From assembly GCA_951406725.2 (NCBI GenBank), contig OX597839.1:14756001-14820000 (forward strand): a DNA stretch of 64,000 nucleotides. Reading direction: 5' to 3'. A program made the position numbers and the translations under genes. Under the pieces are notes generated by a model. The model did no database searches, had not been told where the DNA came from, and saw nothing but the letters and a program-made list of their open reading frames with translations. Positions 54,292 to 64,000 of this stretch are shown here, one piece after another. Origin of the DNA: Octopus vulgaris (lineage: Eukaryota). Each line of letters starts with the position of its first letter. The stretch's first letter is position 1.

Positions 54292-54998
54292 TTAGCAGCA
54301 GAGTACAAGTTTTACAGGCTACTAGCTTTTAAATGTATTCATATAACTTTGAAAATATATGAAATCAACAAATGCTGAAAAATAACTTGTTAAAATGAAC
54401 TATTTAAAAGTTTTTTAAAGTAAAATACAAGTACCTTTGATGCCTAATTAGATGGATATAAATTATAGTAATTCTGTATAAATTTATTATTTCAAACAAC
54501 TTTTTTTTACTTAAAATTTTACTCACATTTCAATACACAAAGATTTTTCAGCCATAACAGTTAATATGTATTTAATGCAACTAACTGAAGAAAGAAATGT
54601 TTTGAAAAGTAGGAGATGGAAATTTATCATTGAAATTTGAAGGTAATAAATTTAGAACAACACAAATAATTGTAAAAATGAAACTGTTTGAAGTAGTAAT
54701 GGATAATTTCTTCTTGAATAATTTCTCACTTTGGCTAAAGTCCAGTCATGTATGGAGAATGTAATTGATTAAAACAACTTTGTGTATGTGTTGGCTCACC
54801 ACCATTGCCTGACGACAACAGAACTGCCTGTTTATGACCCTATAAATTAGCAGTTCAGCAAAAGAGACCAATAGAATAAGTAGCCTGCTTAAAAATAAGT
54901 ACTGGTGTCAATTTGTTCAACTGTCCCTTTCAAGGCAGTGCCCCAGCATGGCCACAGTTCAGTAAGCTGTGATCATAGGGAGAATTGACTTATTTTTT

Positions 54999-55034
<36 letters not shown>

Positions 55035-57562
55035 GAAAGAGAGAAATATGCTAGTCATTTCCTATGCTTTTGAAACAACTTAGTAAAATTCCACTTCCTA
55101 AATATGCTTTGGAAATGACTTTAAAAGAATTCCACCTCCTACAGTGTGTCTATCAGAACACTCACACACACACACTCTGTTTTATTCTATTCTTCAACTC
55201 TGCCTCCCCACCACCAATGCACTAATCAAATTGAACTGAGCACTAATTCACCATGCATATTGGAAAGATATAAAACAAAATTCAGGGAGTTTGACAGCAA
55301 TCTTTTTGTCTAGAAAATGAGCTTATCTCTTTAAAAAAAAACTACCTTATGACAGATGGTACTTTGGTATGACAAAATAAAGGCAATTTTGATTTCCCTT
55401 CTCTTTTAATTGCTTGTGCCTATCATTAGTGCTTATTCTTTATTATTAGTAATAGCTCAAAAAAGGATTTTAAAGATTTGTTGCACGAAGAGTTTGAGGA
55501 CTCTTATCTATTCTTTATTATATTGATACCTATTATAATTAGATAGCTACTGATATCTCTAATTTCAAAATTAAAAATATTCCTGACAATTTATTATTAT
55601 TTTCATTCTTATATTTTTCAATCTAGTATTTTTTTTTTACTGTTTGTTTCTTCAGAGGTTTCTGATGTATATAATTTAGAGGAAATGCCTGAAACATTTT
55701 AAAATGTTTTAGAAACATTCTAAATTCTATGCACTATGTATTTTATGTTTTTTTTTCCTGCAATAACCTTGATGCTTTATTATCCATAGCTATCTAAATT
55801 TACTCATGTAAAAATATGACAATATCTTGAGTAGTTCCAAAATGTAGTACTCAGGTCTATATAATGGTTTCTAAGCAGATGAATACATTTTCTCTAAAGG
55901 AAGACACATTTATTACTGGAAAGATACTAATGATTCAATATTTTGTTTGTTTTTTTCTACAATTAAGTGTATTCTAGAATTAGCATGTTTTCCCAAACAA
56001 CAAAATAAAATACCTCCAGTAGATTTGAATTTAGTGCTTACACTTGTGAAATCTTTTTATATACCACTTATTATTTTGTTTATATATGATTAATATATGG
56101 CAATACTTAAATACTTGAGAGCAGAAACTTGAACTGTGAGGTCTTATACAATTAAACTTTGAGTTAGCCAGAGTCTGAATGTTCTGTACATTCATTCAAC
56201 AGACACTACCAAATGACTTAACCTATATTGAAATTACATATTCCATTGTTGCGTAATTGGGCATCACTTTAATGAAACCCATTTGTGGTATGTTTGTTTT
56301 TACTTTTACTATCTACAGTAAAAATGATATTAATCAATTTCAGCTTGGATGGAAGTGAGCTTCAGTCTAAAGAAATAGGTGTAAAAATCTCCGAATAACT
56401 GTTGGATCTATACATGAATTCTAGTAATTCAGTCTAGCCTTCATCAAGTGTTGGTTTAAAAAGTGAGTATGTATAGGATGTATTCCATGATAGGCCGAAG
56501 TTCTTAACACAAAGTAAATATAAACAACTAGCAGGTTTAAAGTTGAATTATAACAAAATATGCACCATAAGCTCAAAACAAATTTGGGCACATGAAATTT
56601 ATGATGTTCAGAAAGTGTTCAATATGAAATTGTTGCTTAATCCAAGTCACAATTTCTGTGAACTCAGACCATATCTGTCTGAAAATAGGGAAGCTAGTTC
56701 AGAGGGAATGTGTTAGACTGGTAGAAGTTAACTAAACTGCTGCAGCATCCACAACAAATTAACACTTTGTACTTTTCTTACTTGCTTTACTTCCATTTCA
56801 ACCACTCTAAAATGGAAAGTAAACTAGAAATGAGTGAATTTATGAAATTTCTTACTGTTAATGATTCTAAGAATTTCATAAATGTGAGCCACTGGCAATC
56901 AGTTTTTAATTTCTTAGTGGGTTTGGTTCTACATCTAATTAGTATATTCTCAAAGAAGTACCAGCGGAAATTATCATCTATTAATAATAGAAATGTTCAG
57001 ATACCAAATCTGCAAGAGTTCTCAACCTTTCCAATTGTAAGGCTTTAATTATTTCCTTCAACATATCAAGTTATATTTTGAGAAATTATTTTTGGTTACA
57101 TTGTCTTAAACATTTTATGTATAAGATTACATTGGCAACGAATGCAACAAGTCTTGACTATTTTATAATTATTTCCTTCCTCACACTTCTTTAGTCTACT
57201 TGTAAAGAACATTCTGTCTATTCTAGCCTATTTACCTTGATTAAATACAATGCTTTTTGTATAAGTGAATTCTTTATTGGAGGGAAAGTGCACAATATCT
57301 TTTATTACAGGTCTTTGTCAGTAAAATGAAGTTCATTTTGAATCAGGGTACAATACAATGGTTTAAACTATTTGAACATATCTGACTATTCAAACACTTT
57401 ACACTATTTTATAGTAAATATTTTCAGTAATTAATAAAATATTGTCAAACAAGAAGTGAGCCCTTAGTTATGATTTCTGGTTGAAGTGGTTCCAGTTCAA
57501 TATCATATTTGCTATCTGTTCCACTAGAAAAAAAACACTATATATATAAAATGTATGTACAT

Positions 57563-58140
57563 TCATCATCATCATCATCATCGTTTAACGTCCACTTTCC
57601 ATGCTAGCATGGGTTGGGTGATTTGACTGAGGGCTGGCAAACCAGATGGCTGTACCAGGGTTCAATCTTGATCTGGCAGAGTTTCTACAGCTGGCTGCCC
57701 TTCCTAACGCCAACCACTCTGAGAGTGTAGCAGGTGCTTTTCTGTGCACCAGTGGGGGCCAGTCAGGTGGTACTGGCAACGAATTCACTCAAATCTTTTT
57801 ACACATGCCACCAGCACAGGTGCCAGTAAGGTGATACTGGTAACAATCACACTCGAATGGTGCCTTTTATGTGTCACCAGCACGGAGGCCAGTTAGCTGC
57901 TCTGGCAACAATCACACTCGGATGGTGCTCTTAGCACCCTACTAGCACGGGGCTCAAGTGCCAGTAAGGTGATGCTGGTAACAATCACACTCGAATGGTG
58001 CCTTTTACGTGTCACCGGCACGGAGGCCAGTTAGCTGCTCTGGCAACAATCACACTCAGATGGTGCTCTTAGCACCCTACTAGCATGGGGCTCAAGTGCC
58101 AGTAAGGTGATGCTGGTAACAATCACACTCGAATGGTGCC
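57563..58140 (-). mobile_element. RTE-LINE 3' fragment with a ~121-bp dimeric tandem array
   Basis: (CAT)n tail and conserved RTE 3' end; GTGCCAGTAAGGTGAT..TGGTAACAATCACACTCGAATGGTGCC recurs near 57820, 57958 and 58096, about 138 bp apart, with ~60-75-bp subunits. Confidence 0.85.
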
Positions 58141-59589
58141 AAAAACGAACTAATATTGAAGAGACCAGCTTATGGTAATATCCTGTGCAAGATAAAAACC
58201 CTAAAACAGTTTACAGCATTTTCAATAACAATGAGATTACATTAAGAAATGTAACAACCACAAAACTTCATTAATGAAATCACATTGATAAACTGTTACC
58301 ATACTTTTGCAATCTCATTAGCTCACTCAGAATTCTAAACATGTGTCTTTTGAGTATTTATTCGTAAATCTATTAGCCATGAATAGATTTGGCAAAATAG
58401 CATAATCAGCTGTGACATTCAATTTTAATATGATGATTAATTATTTTCTGTGTGTGTGTGTGAGAGAGAGAGAGAAAGAGAGAGCACATGCAACATACTT
58501 GACAACAAGAGAAGTATTAAATAAGTGGAGGGAGAAAGGACAATAAAGAGATTGACAGAATGACCCATTGAAGAGAGAAACAGACCAAGGAGGAGAGAGT
58601 AAGAGCTGGTACAGACAAACAGAGGTTTATTTTGTGTGATGTTTGTGTGAACATCCTATATCATAGTGATGCTTGTGTGCTGTGGTGTATAGCCCCAGGT
58701 GAACCCCAATTAAGCATACTGAGGATAAAATGTGTTCTAGCCATGACCATCCTGTTAGGGATTATTTAGTGGGTGTTGAAACATATGAAAGATTTTTTTG
58801 CAAATGGTCAGTATTTGGAATTTCTTTTTTTTTTTTTTGCATTCAATGTTTCAATACGATACATATCCTAATGATACATACAGATATTTGGTTGCAAGTC
58901 TCAAGTTTAAAATATGAGCTTATTGTACCAGCTTGGAAAAATTTTAAATATTGAAACACACATTGAAAAAAACGAAATATATGTGTACATTTTATATAGT
59001 GAAAATGCACACACAAGACTCTCTATCTCTCTCTTTTCTGTATAAGAAATGTATGTTCTGAATGTCAAGACTCTACATTCTCCTTTCAAGTAGTATACTA
59101 ATACTGAATCAGCCTATTTTGTTCTTGCTATGATTTTTCTGTTGTACTGTATTTTTTTACTTCCATTTATTTTTATGTCCAGGCAAGCACAGGTTACATG
59201 AAAATATTATTGAAGCATTGTTTTACAGTTTGATGCCCTTTATGTTGTTTATTCTTTTTTTTTTTTTCAAGAGCTCTCTTATTCCACATTTTCAAAGATG
59301 CAAAACCAACGGGGAATTTGTTGACAACAGAAATGACATCATTGCTTGTAACTCAGCAAGATTGGAAAAGTGCAAGTGTACACACATACACACTCATTCA
59401 CTCCCACACAAAGGGCTTCTTTCTATTTCTGTCTACCAAATTCACTCACAAGGCAGACTTTGCTTACTTATAGAAGATACTTGCCCAAAGCCCTCACGGT
59501 GGGATGGTGCCTGAAGCCATGCTGTTGGGAAGTGAACGTCTTAACATAGCCATTCCTGAGGCATGCATGCATGCATAACATACATACAT

Positions 59590-59751
59590 AGGCACAGGCG
59601 TGGCTATAATAGTGGGAGGCTTGATTCCCAACCGCATGGATCTGGGTTTGGTCTGCTGTGTGGCACCTTGGGCAAGTGTCTCCTACTATAGCCTTGGGCC
59701 AACCAAAGCCTTGTGAGTTGATTTGGTGGATGGAAACTGAAAGAAGCCCGT

Positions 59752-59782
<31 letters not shown>

Positions 59783-60008
59783 ATATATATATATGTGTGT
59801 TGTGTGTTTGTATGTCTGTGTTTTTCCTCCACACCATTGCTTGACGACTGATGTTGGTGTGTTTACATCCTCACAGCTTAGCAGTTCAGCAAAAGAGACT
59901 GATAGAATAAGTATTAGGCTTACAAAGAATGTCCTAGGGCCAATTTGTTTGACTAAAGGTAATGCTCCAGCATGGCCACAGTCAAATGACTGAAACAAGT
60001 AAAAGAAT
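59590..60008 (+). mobile_element. tRNA-derived SINE (family of 46995-47409), older copy
   Basis: Same head, core, microsatellite and CCAGCATGGCCACAGTCAAATGACTGAAACAAG tail. Confidence 0.82.
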
Positions 60009-62949
60009 ACATACACATACAAACATGTATATCTGTTTCTTGTTTCCAATATGAGAGCAAAGTGCTCAATACATATTGTAGAGTATAATTTACAGCAAGT
60101 ACCTGCACTACTCAAATATTTCCTTAACCCTATATATTCCCCATCTTTCATGTATCTGAAGCAATGTAGGATACAGATATCTCTAAGCAGCACTTGGAAG
60201 AAAGTAATAGTTATGACATTAAGGGATACTGCTGATAGTTAAGAAAATATATCAAACTAGAGAGAAACTTTAAAACACTTCTAACATAGAAGATAAGCCA
60301 TATTTGATAATGAGAGGAACCTAGGTTAAATCAAAGTAACTAATATTTCCTCTGTCTTCCAACCATACACATATATTTATAATCATGCATAAATACATAT
60401 ATACTTTCACGTGCCCACCCACACTTAGCCAAATATCAGACTTTCACCATACACTGAATATACACACAAAACAATCAGGTATCATACATATATAGACAGG
60501 GTTTCCACTTATACTAAGTCCCCCAGCTTGATACCTCTGTCTATTTGCTTTGCATTGTTCTCTGTAATTGAAGTAGGTCAAATCTAACTTCTACTTAGGG
60601 GGCAACAATAGCCATTATATTTAGCCCAAATTGGAAGAAATAAAGAAATCTTACATCAAACCTAAGAAATAATAATAATACACAATTTACTGTTACTGCT
60701 TTTTTAAAAGGTTTTCTTTTGGTGACTTGTAAGATGATTCTGGCTAAGAAATGGACAATAGTACATTCCTTTGTTTTTATTTTCTTCTAAATTTTTTTAG
60801 TGACTTTTGAAAGAATAGAGAAAATTGTTCACTTTGCTATAATATGTGTTCTACTTTTGAAGGAAAACTGATATAATACAAAGTACTTAGCCTGAACTTT
60901 TGCCCAGTACTTTTGTTGTTGTTTTTCTATTCATCCTTTGATGCTTTTGACTTGTCAAACATTTTGAAACTATTTAGTTTTAATTAATCAATGTTTCCAA
61001 CATATACAATATTTGAAGTGCAAAGTAGATGGGTGGGACAATATTCTCATTAAGTTGTCAAAATAGAAAATATTTTGTATCTACTTTTCTGCTTTCTTAA
61101 TTTCTGTGAAATATTAATTAATTAATGTCTCAAGTGCCAAAAATATATTGGTCTCTTTTTAGAAGCATAGAATAAAATTGTTATAGTAGCTGATTTTTAT
61201 CTGGATTGTTTTTAAGTTAACAAATAGAAATTACTGATTTTATTCAACAGTCACTTGCTGGGAAATCATCAAATAATTACAAATACATAATATTGGTATC
61301 TCTTCAGTTTTTAATATCATAAAACATAATAATGTCACAGCAAACATAAAATTTTGGTTTCAGTACAAGAAAAACAGAATAACTTAAGATACTGGACTAC
61401 AAAATTATCAAGGGACTAAGGATAATACAGTACTGAATTTAGAATTGAACCAGCCCTTCATATTTTTACAAGTGTAATGATAATGTTGCTTCAAAGGTCA
61501 ATGAGTTGGTGGATGTGAAAGAATGTTAGAGCAAATGTTCTATGTTGATATCTTGCAGAGGATGGGAGTGCTTGGGTCACTTTTGAACTTTTTACCCTTT
61601 GATCTGGCAAATCGCTATTTACCATACTGTCTCAAAGCTTTGAGTTCAGTTATAGTTACTGTTGTTCAGCTATATGCCAACTGAAACCAATCTGACCTAT
61701 GATCAATGTGATTATCCCATCTTGGTCTCTTTGTATGTACTGCATCATAGAATGTGTCCTTGTTTTTAAGAAGGTAAACAAAAGAAAATTCTGCATTGCT
61801 GATAAAAACATGTATAATGAACTAGTAATCAAGCAACTAAGCAATCCTATATAAAAAGGCCACCAACTTCAGTATAGCAAGCTAGAAAATATAATACAGG
61901 ATAGATGGAGATCTATAATCAGTAACAGATTTAGGCATAAGCTGAACAAGCTACAGCTTCGAGCCTCACAATCTTTATGTAGCTTAAGGCCTCACAACTT
62001 GTAATCAGTGTATTCCAACGTAGTTTGAAATAAGACATGGACCTTTCATGATCTATCATTTAAGAACCACAAAAATAAAATTAGACCTATTGTTTCTAAG
62101 TACTTACCCAAAGCTCTCACAGTAGGACAGAATCTAAAACCATGCAGTTGGGAAGTGAACTTCTTAACATAACCATTCCCGAGGCTGTACATGTATAACA
62201 TATATACATAGGTGCAGGTGTGGCTGTGTGGTAAGAAACTTGCTTCCTAACCACATAGACAGGATTTCTACTTATGCTAAGTCCCCCAGGTTGATACCCC
62301 TATCTATTTGCTTTGCATTGTTTTCTGTAATTGAATAACTTGGCTCTTGTACCAAGCCCTCAGGCTTACACTCCATACCTTTCACAGATATGTCAACCCT
62401 ACTCCACTTAAACATAATCTGTTCTTCTGTATCTGCTCTCTCAGCTCCTAATCTAATTACAAACTGTACTGTCTCTTGATTTTACATATGAACATACATC
62501 AGGACTACTTATAGGGTCAAGTCTATCAGGTTTACTAGCCATTACATATATGAATCAGCTACAATGCAATATTGCATTTTCTTAAGTTGTGTAGATATCA
62601 TTCCCATGCTGGCTTCTCAAGAGGAGGCAGCATATATAGTGTTCAGCAATATTGACAAACACATTTTGAAATGAGCATGCCAAGATCACTAAATCTCTCT
62701 CTCTCTTCCCTGGTTTGACTCAGAATCTCAGAAGGGATCTATTAATACCGTCTATAGGAAAACTGCCTAAAGCAATCTGCGCACTACAGATCAGTCCTAC
62801 ATACCAAGGTTAAGGCTGCCTACACATGAAATAAAATATTTCATATGCATAAGAGTTGCAGTGAAGCAGGTGATAGTGAGCAATATCAAGAAGTTGTAAA
62901 GAATGCTAATGGACACCAGCTACCCAGTATCCTTTGCCATGTGCTAGAT

Positions 62950-63960
62950 CGATAATGGTTAGTACCAAGGCCACAGTAAGAAGGTTGTTCAAATTGTATT
63001 TGTTGCTAGAGGAACACATTCTGTATGCAGGCAAATAATGGGCTCCAAACAATCAGCATAATCATTGAGTTCTTGATGGAGAGATGCAGACTGTCCAACA
63101 TCTGCAATGCTATAGATTGAGTAGAGATGATGCTATTGACAAAAACAAAGTGCACACACAAAGTTTACAGAATGTGGCACCAACACTGAATAAGAACCAT
63201 GCAATCGGAGACCAACAGGCAAAAATCACCTGCTAGTGGAAGATTTGATTCATGCTTACTGACAAGTCAAAAATCTATGAGTTTGCTGCACTTCTGGACA
63301 GTGGATATAATGCATTACAAAAGATGGAAAACTTTGGGTATTGCAAAGTGTGTTCCTCCATAATTAACACCTGACTTGAAGGAGAGAAAGATGGAAGTCT
63401 AAAATCCTTTAGAAACATTTGAAGCTATTGAAGATGCATTTTATTGGAAAATGAAAGCTCTGTCTACAGAATGTCACACTCCTATTCCAAAGTTTAAGAA
63501 ATTAGAGAGCTAGTGATCAGCACAGAAAGTCATGACTGTTTAGGGGATAACAAGGACATCATTCTCCTTGGTTTCCTGGAAAATGGCTGTGCTGTGAACA
63601 GCAAGCGATATACTGAGATAAGCAAAAAGTTTAGAGAAGCCATTAAGAGAAAGAGGCTGAAAACAATTCAAATTCATTATAACAATGTGTGATAATACAT
63701 ATCTTTAGAAACAGATCAGGTGATTTGTAAATTAGGCTGGTTAGTGGTCCCCTATCTACTGTAGTCTGGATCTGGTGCCCTCCAACGCAGTCATCAGGGA
63801 TATTAAATTTGATGACACAGATGAAGTGAAAGTGGCTGTGATGATATGGCCACAAAAGTGCTTACATGAATTTTTTCAAGAAGTATTCAAGAGTTGCATT
63901 CAATGATTGCACAAATGCATCACTTGTGATGGAAACTGTAGAGTAGTATCTTTCGTATAA
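62950..63960 (+). mobile_element. Decayed mariner (DD34D-type) transposase remnant
   Basis: Broken motifs GYCKVC, IILLGFLENGCAVNSKRY, FREAIKRKR, CSLDLVPSN (YSPDLAPSD-like) and KCITCDGN (KCIxxxGDY-like). Confidence 0.75.
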
Positions 63961-64000
63961 AGTTACTTTACCAACATTTGTAATTTGCATGACCAATGTG

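Noticed and set aside
54300-62000. Possible host exons in the right-hand AT-rich region
   Set aside because: No segment with a recognisable protein motif and consistent splice sites was found by eye.

Overview
AT-rich, repeat-dense animal genomic DNA. The repeat repertoire suggests a coleoid cephalopod such as Octopus (inference). Nearly all supplied ORFs are artefacts of (TA)n/(CA)n microsatellites or of repeats. One real host gene is visible on the minus strand, a perlecan/HSPG2-like gene. Six phase-compatible GT-AG exons encode an acidic Ser-Gly-Asp glycosaminoglycan-attachment segment, a SEA domain split over two exons, an unusual 169-aa module on a symmetric exon, and two LDL-receptor class A repeats; the gene continues past the left edge. 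Introns and upstream DNA hold an intact-looking CR1-group LINE ORF2, a 5'-truncated RTE LINE with a PHD-like finger in its RT, several RTE 3' tails with variable tandem arrays, at least four tRNA-derived SINE types, a non-autonomous Helitron, DD37D (maT) and mariner remnants, a piggyBac-like MITE, tandem arrays and two foldback repeats. The most notable signal is a set of hammerhead-ribozyme (HHR)-like motifs of the Penelope/retrozyme type: (1) a pair with a long extended stem II inside a ~1.5 kb near-perfect palindrome; (2) a G3:C8 core-swapped variant in a 187-bp TSD-flanked mini-element; (3) decayed relatives; (4) a four-unit ancient tandem array whose HHR-like motifs all end in a GGTAAG splice-donor motif in a CpG-retaining region. 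All structures were derived by eye and need computational and experimental confirmation.
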